Origin: Candidatus Latescibacterota bacterium
Lineage (GTDB): Bacteria > Latescibacterota > UBA2968
Length of the DNA: 64,000 nucleotides
Direction of reading: 5' to 3'
Assembly: GCA_965222605.1 (NCBI GenBank)
Contig: OZ244960.1
Span: forward strand, 2,112,001 to 2,176,000
The translations under genes were made by a program, and so were the position numbers. Of this stretch, positions 39,385 through 47,552 are shown in pieces. Under the pieces are notes generated by a model, which saw only the letters and a program-made list of their open reading frames with translations, made no database searches and was not told the origin of the DNA. The first letter of the stretch is position 1. Each line of letters opens with the position of its first letter.

Positions 39385-41286
39385 CTAAATCTCCTTCCAG
39401 TCCTTGCAAAATCCTAAGCCCATAATTCTGACTCCTGACCACAAACAGGATGTCAGAAATTTTCGAGGTACTACTTCCTTCATACCGGCATCTCCAATCT
39501 CAGTAACAATATCTCTAATCCAGAGCCCTGTGATCTGGTGGGGTACTTTCTTAACCACATTTCCAAATCTTGTTTCGGAGATTGACTGTCTAAGTGCATA
39601 GCCAAAATATCGATCAGTTGTACCAATGGATCTCTGTTGATCAATTTCACCTACACAGATGTCATATATGGGAATCCGATTTTCACTGATCAAAAATCTC
39701 AGGGTTACGGAATCTCCGTAATTGAAATTTCGTATTCTTTCTTGGTTTTCATAGATTTTTTTGACAGAGCCATATTTTTTTTCAGAAACAAAGGAGTGAA
39801 TATCAATATCTCTTTCCAGCCCGACTTCAAGGCTTTTTAGAGGTTGCCAAGGTCCGTATCTTCCATATACGAACGGTGTTTCAACCCATCGATTCACTTT
39901 GTTACGACGCAATCCATCCCGTCGTCCTGCATCCAACCTGTAAAGTTTATTCCTTGCGCGTGTCAAACCTACAAATAAAACTCGCGTTTCATCCTCAGCA
40001 TTTTCATCAACAAGAGGTTCGTCAGAGTCAATTGCCTCCTCAATACCCTGATCATCTCCGACCACAACTGCCACTTGATCAAATTCCCTCCCTTTGGATC
40101 GATGGATGGTTGAAAGGATGAGGTCATGATCTGTCGATACCTCTGTCTCAGGAAAAACAGCATCTGTTCTCAATGCCTGGCGTAAAAGATTGAGATCAAG
40201 TAATATACTATTTTTTCTTTGTCGTACGATTCGCAGAAGCGCGTCCCACATTTCTTGCGAATCCATACTTCCATCTCCCAAGCGTTCCTCAAAAAGTGGG
40301 ATGAAATCACGCTTACGAATTTCCGAAGACGACCAGCCCAAGAATAACCAGCCCACCCAATAAGGCACAGTTTTTTCATCTCTCCTTTTCTGGATTCTAA
40401 AAGACCTATCCATACTTTTCAGACAGGAAGCCAGCCGATAGACTTGGCCGTTGTCTCTACAGAGAAAGCAGGATCTATTATTTCTAAAATTATTCGGAAC
40501 TGAGGGATTGGATAGCTCTCCAAGAGATTCGAGAAACTGATATTCTTCGAATAGGTAGGCGGCTGCCATCGGTTTATTGTTCAAGATCAGTTTTCGCCCT
40601 TTTTCAGATATTTCTTCAAGCACCGGATTGTCTCTAATGCGATAATTCCTCTGGAATTCTATGTTAGTATCCAGTTCAGGGAAAAACTTCCTTACCTGAT
40701 TAAGGAATTCTGTAGATGTCATTGCATCTGGCTGTTTACTGATCTGAAAATCATAGATACCCTGTGCTGAATCACCCAGAAGAGTAAAGCCACAATCTAC
40801 CTGCCGGAGTATCTGTAGGGTCATCTCTGCTCGTGAGCCTACCAAGTCCTGAATTTCATCCACCAGTACGTGGCGATACCTCTGGAGCTCTTCCATTGCT
40901 TTTTCATTAGACACTATGAGTTCGGTAGCTTTTTCGATTCTGGATTCGTAATCCCAATCCCCTGCGAGGGATTCCCGGCCAGTGACATCAATTATGAATC
41001 GACTGGCAAAAGAGTCGAAAGTCCGTATTTGTGTTCGAAGCAAGTCTTCTGTAATAGATTCCTTTTCAACTGCATCCTTAAGTCGAGATTTAACTTCAGC
41101 TACTGCAGCAACAGAAAAACTCAGCACCAAAATTTCAGAACCTGGCTCTAACTCTTCTTCCTTAGCCAAAAATTCAAGACGTTTCAATAGACAGTGTGTC
41201 TTACCTGTACCGGGACCTGCTTGAACAAGGAGTTGTGCCGATGCCCTTGCAAATACCACCTTTTTTTGTTCACCGGTGAGATCCAT
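39385..41286 (-). CDS. UvrD/Rep-like SF1 helicase
   Basis: AGPGTGKT, VDEIQD, GDSAQGIY, NYR, STIHRSKGREFD, FVGLTRA. Confidence 0.9.
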   Translation of the reverse strand: MDLTGEQKKVVFARASAQLLVQAGPGTGKTHCLLKRLEFLAKEEELEPGSEILVLSFSVAAVAEVKSRLKDAVEKESITEDLLRTQIRTFDSFASRFIIDVTGRESLAGDWDYESRIEKATELIVSNEKAMEELQRYRHVLVDEIQDLVGSRAEMTLQILRQVDCGFTLLGDSAQGIYDFQISKQPDAMTSTEFLNQVRKFFPELDTNIEFQRNYRIRDNPVLEEISEKGRKLILNNKPMAAAYLFEEYQFLESLGELSNPSVPNNFRNNRSCFLCRDNGQVYRLASCLKSMDRSFRIQKRRDEKTVPYWVGWLFLGWSSSEIRKRDFIPLFEERLGDGSMDSQEMWDALLRIVRQRKNSILLDLNLLRQALRTDAVFPETEVSTDHDLILSTIHRSKGREFDQVAVVVGDDQGIEEAIDSDEPLVDENAEDETRVLFVGLTRARNKLYRLDAGRRDGLRRNKVNRWVETPFVYGRYGPWQPLKSLEVGLERDIDIHSFVSEKKYGSVKKIYENQERIRNFNYGDSVTLRFLISENRIPIYDICVGEIDQQRSIGTTDRYFGYALRQSISETRFGNVVKKVPHQITGLWIRDIVTEIGDAGMKEVVPRKFLTSCLWSGVRIMGLGFCKDWKEI

Positions 41287-41356
41287 GATCTATCCTGACT
41301 TCAGGTTGTGTTTGTAATATTCACAGTTTGAAATGAATTTATCAGACAAGTTCATC

Positions 41357-42955
41357 TCACGGACTCACTCTTGCTTGCTCCAGTACCTGGTGGACAATAG
41401 CTGCAATCTGTCTGGCCAAAAGAGGCGGCACTGCATTACCAACCTGAATGTATTGTGATGTACGTGGACCGCAAAAAAAATAATTATCCGGGAAGGTCTG
41501 AAGCCTCGCAGCCTCCCGGACAGTGAGACTACGGCACTGTGTCGGGTCGGGATGGATATAGTAATGCCCGTCTTTCGATATATGTGAAGTAACTGTAGTC
41601 GCGGGCCTGTTGCCAATCTGTACTCGAAATCGATCACTAAAAAGAGGTTTTCCGTTTGCAGCGCGTTTTGCATTCTTATGGGCAGGCAAAAGATCGGTGG
41701 GAAAATCTTCTAATTTTGGAGATTGACCCTCAACCTCTGCGAAGCAAGCAGCATAGAAATAGCGATATAGATCACTCACCATATGTCCTCGAGTGGTGTG
41801 GTTGCACACTCCTCCTATACGGGAATCGAGAAACCAATTGGGTTCATGGCTGATATCCGTATCACAAGAGATGAACTCACCACCGCGACCAGCACTATGT
41901 CGAATTTCTTTCAGTTTAGCAATCAGTTTTTCATGAATTTTTCCATTCTCTTCTGTTTGCAGCGCAGCAAACCAAGGACACTCAGCCATTTTATACAGCC
42001 AATTACGCCAGGCATCAGCACTATCTTTTTCTCGGGATAATCCGCTTCTTACTTTGGGTAAATCGTCCAAAACTCTCCTCGCATTAACAACAGGACTCTG
42101 TTTTTTGAGAGTTTTTGGCGGGATCTCAATATCTTTATGGATTCCGAGGATAATGACGCGATGGCGTGCCTGCGGAATGCCGAATTTTTCCATATGAACC
42201 ACAAAATCAGAGAGGTTTGCATTACTGATTTCATCAGGTTTTACCAATGAATATAATTTGTATCGACACGGCTTGCGGGCCTGTACAGGTGCCCGAACAG
42301 AACGGTCCTCACGTTCGAGGGCTTTCTCTGGTTCCTGAAGGTCCTCATACATACGTTCAAAGATGTACTGATCCTTTAAGGTAGCAGACAATAATCCTTT
42401 GACGTTTTCCATCACAAAGATGGCTGGTTGGTGTTCCGCAATAATTTGTAAGTATTCTAAATATAAATATTGCCGGTGATCTTTCTCTGCCTGATAGTCG
42501 GAGTTCCCACGATTACGAGACCTGCCGACAACAGAGTATGCCTGACAGGGAGGACCACCGACCAACACCCACTCGCCACAATCCTCTAAAGCATCCTGAA
42601 TCCATTTATGAATTGTATGAGGATCATCTTTTCCTAACTCGGCAAGACGTGCTTCTTGTTTAACTTGTTTGTATTCTTCGGGGTACCGACTGAACAGCTT
42701 ATTTCGCCGCTCATCTTCCGGAATATCAACTTGGCGCAGATAGTCATAGTAGGCATCCGGGACCTTGTCATGGGGAAACTGGCGAAAGAAGCTACGCAAT
42801 TCAAGTGTCTGGTGAGCCGCAGGATCTTTTTCTATAGAGAGTTTGATTTGAAAAGGCTGCTCACCAGAATCTGCATAAGCAGAAAACCCCTCGCCCAGTC
42901 CGCCCGGCCCAGCGAACAGGTCTATAACAGGGATCTCTCTCGGATATTCTGACAA
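41357..42955 (-). CDS. dcm: DNA (cytosine-5)-methyltransferase
   Basis: DLFAGPGG, GGPPCQ, ENV, PQARHR, RSLTVREAARLQTFP, QVGNAVPP. Confidence 0.95.
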   Translation of the reverse strand: MSEYPREIPVIDLFAGPGGLGEGFSAYADSGEQPFQIKLSIEKDPAAHQTLELRSFFRQFPHDKVPDAYYDYLRQVDIPEDERRNKLFSRYPEEYKQVKQEARLAELGKDDPHTIHKWIQDALEDCGEWVLVGGPPCQAYSVVGRSRNRGNSDYQAEKDHRQYLYLEYLQIIAEHQPAIFVMENVKGLLSATLKDQYIFERMYEDLQEPEKALEREDRSVRAPVQARKPCRYKLYSLVKPDEISNANLSDFVVHMEKFGIPQARHRVIILGIHKDIEIPPKTLKKQSPVVNARRVLDDLPKVRSGLSREKDSADAWRNWLYKMAECPWFAALQTEENGKIHEKLIAKLKEIRHSAGRGGEFISCDTDISHEPNWFLDSRIGGVCNHTTRGHMVSDLYRYFYAACFAEVEGQSPKLEDFPTDLLPAHKNAKRAANGKPLFSDRFRVQIGNRPATTVTSHISKDGHYYIHPDPTQCRSLTVREAARLQTFPDNYFFCGPRTSQYIQVGNAVPPLLARQIAAIVHQVLEQARVSP

Positions 42956-43197
42956 GGTTCTTCTCGCTTATCTGAGAATGATTGAATGGGATTAGACACA
43001 GAGCGAAGTGATTATCAAATATGCATCTGATAATATTTAATGAGCTTTCATTTTATAGCTAATCTAAAAAGGCGTCAACACCAATCTGTATCTAATGCTG
43101 ACTATTGCTATTACCATCGAATTTATCTTTAAATCTTTGGAATCCCATCATGGAAGCCTCGGAGTAAATTATCTTCGGAGTTTTTTGTGTAATAATA

Positions 43198-43225
43198 TTG
43201 ACAAAAAATTATAAATAGATATACT
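43198..43225 (+). promoter_or_regulatory. Promoter of the abiE operon (leaderless-type)
   Basis: TTGACA-16bp-TATACT; ATG 7 nt downstream; no RBS. Confidence 0.55.
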
Positions 43226-43232
43226 TTAACAC

Positions 43233-43838
43233 ATGTCTAAAAATTCACCTGAAAATCAAGTTCTGGAACTGGCACAGCAAGGTCTCTTGAGAGTTTGCGA
43301 TCTGACATCCCGGGGCCTTCACCCCGAATATCTGCGCCGGCTGTATCAGAAGGGACTGGTGCGACGAGAGGGAAGAGGCCTGTACATTGCAGCCGACGCC
43401 GAGATTTCGGTACACTATGGGCTGGCGCAAGTAGCAAAGCGCGTTTCCCACGGGGTGATTTGTCTGCTCTCAGCTTTGAGCTTTCACGAAATCGGCACAC
43501 AGCTACCGCATCAGGTCTGGATGGCCATTGACCGCAGAGCAGCCAAACCAAAGATGCAATTTCCTCCTCTGAGGGTGATGCGGTTCTCCGGTGCTGCACT
43601 GACTGAAGGGATCAAGACATATCAGATTGAGGGCGTTCCCGTTCAGATTTTTAACCCCGCCAAAACAGTTGCAGACTGCTTCAAATACCGCAACAAAATC
43701 GGCCTGGATGTCGCTCTTGAAGCGTTGAAAGAATGCATTCGCGACCGTCGCACCACAATGGACGACCTCTGGCACTTCGCACAAGTCTGCCGAATGACCA
43801 ATGTGATGCGGCCCTATATGGAAGCTATCGTAGCATGA
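43233..43838 (+). CDS. abiEi: AbiEi-family type IV TA antitoxin / transcriptional regulator
   Basis: wHTH N-terminus (RGLY), ICLLSALSFHE, AKTVADCFKYRNKIGLDVALEAL. Confidence 0.88.
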   Translation: MSKNSPENQVLELAQQGLLRVCDLTSRGLHPEYLRRLYQKGLVRREGRGLYIAADAEISVHYGLAQVAKRVSHGVICLLSALSFHEIGTQLPHQVWMAIDRRAAKPKMQFPPLRVMRFSGAALTEGIKTYQIEGVPVQIFNPAKTVADCFKYRNKIGLDVALEALKECIRDRRTTMDDLWHFAQVCRMTNVMRPYMEAIVA

Positions 43839-43945
43839 AAAGAGCGCGTCCCAAAAACCTGCCCGTATCCGTCCATCAACGACTTCTAAACCTGAGCAAG
43901 GAAAAGGGCGAAGAACCCAACCAGGTTTTCTTGCGCTATGTTAAG
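43835..43945 (+). pseudogene. 5' stub of the AbiEii nucleotidyltransferase toxin
   Basis: ATGA overlap with the antitoxin; KNLPVSVHQRLLNLSKEKGE...LRYV, after which similarity is lost. Confidence 0.7.
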
Positions 43946-44002
43946 GAGAGAAATACAATCAAGTATGGCAAGACGGTGGTCCTTGGGAAAAATAACCTCA
44001 GA

Positions 44003-44713
44003 TTAATCTCCTTCAGAAAGTATTTCGGCAATTTTATCCAGATATGCTTTCAGAGACAATCCGTGACTTCTTGCCAGAATCCCCAGCGTATCCACCTTTG
44101 TCCGTTCTCCCTTTTCGATCCTGCGCACATGGCGTTCCGAAAGGCCCTGAATATCGGCTTGCTTAAGCCCGCACTGTTTTCGAAATGCGGCAACAACCTC
44201 TCCGAACCGAATGTCAGACATCAATCTTTCCCGATCCTTTTTCTCCCGCCACATATCATCTTTCAGGTAGCGAACAGCATCCAGATCGATATGTACATCA
44301 GCCTCAGGCCAATGGATATAACTGCCTTCGCTTGAGAGAGTAAATGAAGAACGCTGTTCTTCTGGAATACGCTTGAGTGCGGGCATTTCTTCAAAGCCAA
44401 CTCTGAACAGGGTATGGTCACAGGCCACGACAAAAAGCTCATCATCAATAACCTGTGCAGTGGCAATTAGCTGATCTGGACACCCAAGACTCCAGGCCGT
44501 GAGCACGCGCTTTGGCACATCCTTATCCGAAAATATTGCGGGTCATTCTCAGTTTTGCCTCATAAAGTGGTAAAACCTGAGCACCTTAGTCTTCTCGGAC
44601 AAAAAGGGTTCGAAGATAGTTTCGGTGATTGGCAGCACGCACAAATTCAGTGACAACAGGCAGATCGGGAACAGAAGTGAGCACAAAAATATCCCGAGAA
44701 TTTACCCTTCGCA
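44003..44713 (-). pseudogene. DUF2442-like + XRE-HTH protein, degraded and cut by the IS
   Basis: GSYIHWPEADVHIDL plus HTH (GLKQADI..LSERHVRRIEKG). Upstream reading frame (DLPVVTEFVRAANHRNYLRTLFVRED*) carries a stop and a frameshift and reaches the IS end. Confidence 0.65.
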
Positions 44714-46111
44714 GTGATTACTCCCAACGCTAAAGCAGTTGGGCTTCTTGGCGGTCAAGCCGCCTGACTTTGTAATCCCAAAGTCAGAATGTTTATCGCA
44801 GCATTGTGGTCTCTGTCTGTGGTATAGCCACACTTTTTGCAACAATGCACACGCTGAGAGAGTGATTTCTTCTCACGGTATCCGCAAGCAGAGCACACCT
44901 GAGACGTGTATGCAGGGTTTACGGCTTTAAATCCAATACCAGCTTCTTCCGCTTTGTATTCGAGACAATGCCGAAACAGGGACCATGCTGCATCACTAAT
45001 TGATTTCGCCAATCGCCTGTTCTTTTGCATACTCTGTGGTTCAAGTTTTTCGACTGCTACGAACCCATGACGATTGACTACTTTTCTTGCTTGTTGATGG
45101 GCAAAGTTGTGTCGTCTGTTTCTGATGCGCTCGTGAACTCTCGCAACAACTTTGCGCGCCTTCTCACGTTTCTTTGGCAACGCTTTCTTAACCTTGTCCC
45201 ACTTGCGTTGCGCTCTCTTGAGTGCCTTTTCTTCCTGCCTGAGAAACCGTGGGTTAGGCACACGCTCACCAGCACTGGTAACAGCAAATGCGTTCAGCCC
45301 CACATCAATCCCAACAGCGGTGTCAGGATGATCGGGAGACCGCACAGGGTCGCCAATATCACAACTGATAGACGCATACCACTTGCCTGTTGCTGTCCGC
45401 GTGATGGTGCAGGTCTTAGGGACACCTTCAAGACAACGATGCTGAACAATGCGTATGCAACCGATTTTGCCCAACCGCAAGCCCTTGTCGTCCAATCGGC
45501 ATCCGTTGGAGAATTGCGGATAGGTGAGCGAATCGTAGCGGTTCATGCCCTTATAGCGTGGAAAACCCGCTTTCTCGCCTGTCTTTGCCCTCTCTTTGAG
45601 ACGGCGAAAGAAGCCATCAAATGCCCTATCAACACGCACAGCCACTTGTTGCAAGACCTGACTATATACTTGCTTAAGCGCAGGACGTTGTTGTTTCATC
45701 AAGGGGAGTATTTTAATCTGATCGTAGCAAGACAAAGATTTTTGCTCGCTCTCCCACGCCTGAACACGGGCACATACTAACTGGTTGTAGAGCAGTCGGC
45801 ATTCTTCAATATGCCCTTGCAGTATCGCAGCTTGCTTCTTGGTTAGACGCAAGCGATATTTGAAATTTTTGACCATTGCAATCACCAAAGAGAAAGCCCG
45901 TCAGGGTGTCACCTCAAAAGCACAGCGCTTGTGGTGAAGTGACAGTTACAAGATACATTTTTTGGGGCGCGAAGGGCAAGTGGAATGAGCGGATGAATCT
46001 TGTTGATGCACCGCCCACATTGCCTTGTGCGATGTGCCCCAACGCTAAAGCACCACCCCATAAGCATGTCCCTGCGAAAGCAGGGAGCCGATGGGTTTTA
46101 CGGGCTATCTG
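44714..46111 (-). mobile_element. IS200/IS605-family TnpB-only (IS1341-type) element
   Basis: Minus strand: TTTAT|CAGATAGCCCGTAAAACCC left end; right end hairpin CCCAAC-TGCTTTAGC-GTTGGG then AGTAATCAC|. Both ends share TGCTTTAGCGTTGGG. No tnpA seen. Confidence 0.85.
44755..45888 (-). CDS. tnpB: TnpB RNA-guided endonuclease
   Basis: FKYRL HTH, GFPRYK, RuvC GIDVG / VAVEKL / DRDHNAAINI, Zn finger CSACG-CKKCG. Confidence 0.95.
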   Translation of the reverse strand: MVIAMVKNFKYRLRLTKKQAAILQGHIEECRLLYNQLVCARVQAWESEQKSLSCYDQIKILPLMKQQRPALKQVYSQVLQQVAVRVDRAFDGFFRRLKERAKTGEKAGFPRYKGMNRYDSLTYPQFSNGCRLDDKGLRLGKIGCIRIVQHRCLEGVPKTCTITRTATGKWYASISCDIGDPVRSPDHPDTAVGIDVGLNAFAVTSAGERVPNPRFLRQEEKALKRAQRKWDKVKKALPKKREKARKVVARVHERIRNRRHNFAHQQARKVVNRHGFVAVEKLEPQSMQKNRRLAKSISDAAWSLFRHCLEYKAEEAGIGFKAVNPAYTSQVCSACGYREKKSLSQRVHCCKKCGYTTDRDHNAAINILTLGLQSQAA

Positions 46112-46160
46112 ATAAAAATCTAACTTTTTAAGTATAATATCAAGCCTGTAGTTGTAGAAA

Positions 46161-46195
46161 TTCGTCTTGCAGCCATTGGTTCACAAAACTATATT
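46161..46195 (+). promoter_or_regulatory. Promoter-like 35-bp repeat, copy 1 (copy 2 at 46575-46609)
   Basis: TTCGTC-TTGCAG-17bp-TATATT versus TTCGTC-TTGCAG-17bp-TACATT; 32/35 identical. Confidence 0.7.
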
Positions 46196-46253
46196 CATTT
46201 TGAGTGCGCGTGACATGGATGATAAGGAAAGAAGACAACATGCACGACGATAA
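46194..46253 (+). pseudogene. 3' stub of a BrnT-like toxin
   Basis: FILSARDMDDKERRQHARR*, the typical BrnT C-terminal ISAR..ER motif, overlapping the antitoxin start. Confidence 0.6.
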
Positions 46254-46518
46254 AGAAATTCCAAAATTCGACAGCTACGAAGAAATGGCAGCGTTTTGGG
46301 ATACACATAGTCTTGCCGACTATTGGGAACAGACGGAGCCTGTTGATTTCGATTTCGCGCCAGAAGCACGGCGGCAATACCTAATAGGGGTTGACCGTGA
46401 GGTATTAGCGCGTGTGCAACGTCTTGCTCGAACACGGGGTGTAAGTATTGAGAGCCTGGTTAATTTGCTCCTTGAACAACGACTCCTGGAGATTGAGAAT
46501 CCACCCTCAAATGTGTAA
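46240..46518 (+). CDS. CopG/BrnA-like antitoxin (orphan)
   Basis: IPKFDSYEEMAAFWDTHSLADY...ARTRGVSIESLVNLLL. Confidence 0.8.
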   Translation: MHDDKEIPKFDSYEEMAAFWDTHSLADYWEQTEPVDFDFAPEARRQYLIGVDREVLARVQRLARTRGVSIESLVNLLLEQRLLEIENPPSNV

Positions 46519-46542
46519 CATGTACTAAACACCATCCACCTT

Positions 46543-46576
46543 AAAAAGCCACTCCGAATTTCAGGAGTGGTTTTTT
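46543..46576 (+). terminator. Rho-independent (bidirectional-type) terminator
   Basis: AAAAAGCCACTCC-loop-GGAGTGGTTTTTT. Confidence 0.8.
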
Positions 46577-46683
46577 CGTCTTGCAGCTATTGGTTCACAA
46601 AGCTACATTTATTCGGATTTCTCAACCGTTCTATACGTTCGCTTGTTGTTCGGCTTGAATTGAAGATGACAGGAGCATCAAAT

Positions 46684-47496
46684 ATGGCAGATAATATACC
46701 AATCGAACACCGGTTCCATTTTGACCTGAGCGGCTTTCTGGTCCTGCGCAATGTATTGACACCCGAAGAATGTGAAACCACTCTAAATGTCCTGTCTGAT
46801 TTGGAAAGTCAGACATATAAAGATGAATGGATGGCTTCTGCACCCACTTTTGGGAGACCAAAACCACTACCAACTTGTGATAAGAGTCGAGAATTTCAGA
46901 TCCGTTTGAATGGTCTTTTACGGCTTGATCCCGTTTTTGACCAGATGATCGCACATCCGAAAGTCGCGCCTTATCTGAAGGCATTTATGGGCGAACCTCA
47001 ACTCATCAACACCTGGTCGATTTCTAAATTCAAGGGTGCGCAACAGGGAGGGTGGCATCGCGGCGTGCCAACAACGGATTATAGTTATCGAAACGGCGAT
47101 ATTCGCTCTCGGATGCTCAATACCGTGTATTTTTTAACAGATAATGGACCCGATGACGGGTGTGTGGTGGCTGTACCGGGTTCACATAAGAGCAATTTTG
47201 ATTTGAGCTGGCAGGAGTATCGGGGATTGGATCTTCCAGGTGCCGTCGCAGTAACGGGCAAGGCAGGTGATGTCTTACTCTTTTCCGAGACCGTCATCCA
47301 CAATGGACTGCCCAAGACCACAGAGCCAGTGCGATCCAATCTGTATTTCAACTACACACACGCACATTATAATGTGATGATGCGTGAGCCGCCAAATGGA
47401 TACCACAGATGTCTTCCGCCAGAGATCCGCGAGCGATTTAATGAAGCGCAAAAAGCGATGACGCGGTGGATGGAATTGGCAAGATGGGATGTGTAG
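46684..47496 (+). CDS. PhyH-family Fe(II)/2OG oxygenase (HRG variant)
   Basis: FDLSGF, WHRG, VPGSHK, AGDVLLFSETVIHNG, R. Start MADNIP after AGGAG. Confidence 0.88.
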   Translation: MADNIPIEHRFHFDLSGFLVLRNVLTPEECETTLNVLSDLESQTYKDEWMASAPTFGRPKPLPTCDKSREFQIRLNGLLRLDPVFDQMIAHPKVAPYLKAFMGEPQLINTWSISKFKGAQQGGWHRGVPTTDYSYRNGDIRSRMLNTVYFLTDNGPDDGCVVAVPGSHKSNFDLSWQEYRGLDLPGAVAVTGKAGDVLLFSETVIHNGLPKTTEPVRSNLYFNYTHAHYNVMMREPPNGYHRCLPPEIRERFNEAQKAMTRWMELARWDV

Positions 47497-47552
47497 CACT
47501 GCGTTGGATTCCGTTTTCAAGCCTCCTCATACGGACCTCCCCTGAATACATC

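Noticed and set aside
28057-42955. Calling the island canonical class 2 DISARM
   Set aside because: No PLD (HKD) DrmC or recognisable DrmE; gene content differs.
43733-44335. 200-aa ORF as a full AbiEii toxin
   Set aside because: Only ~37 codons resemble AbiEii; the rest is antisense to the DUF2442-HTH gene and lacks the KGG nucleotidyltransferase motif.
45890-46040. tnpA remnant between tnpB and the left end
   Set aside because: No HUH or catalytic Tyr motif recognisable.
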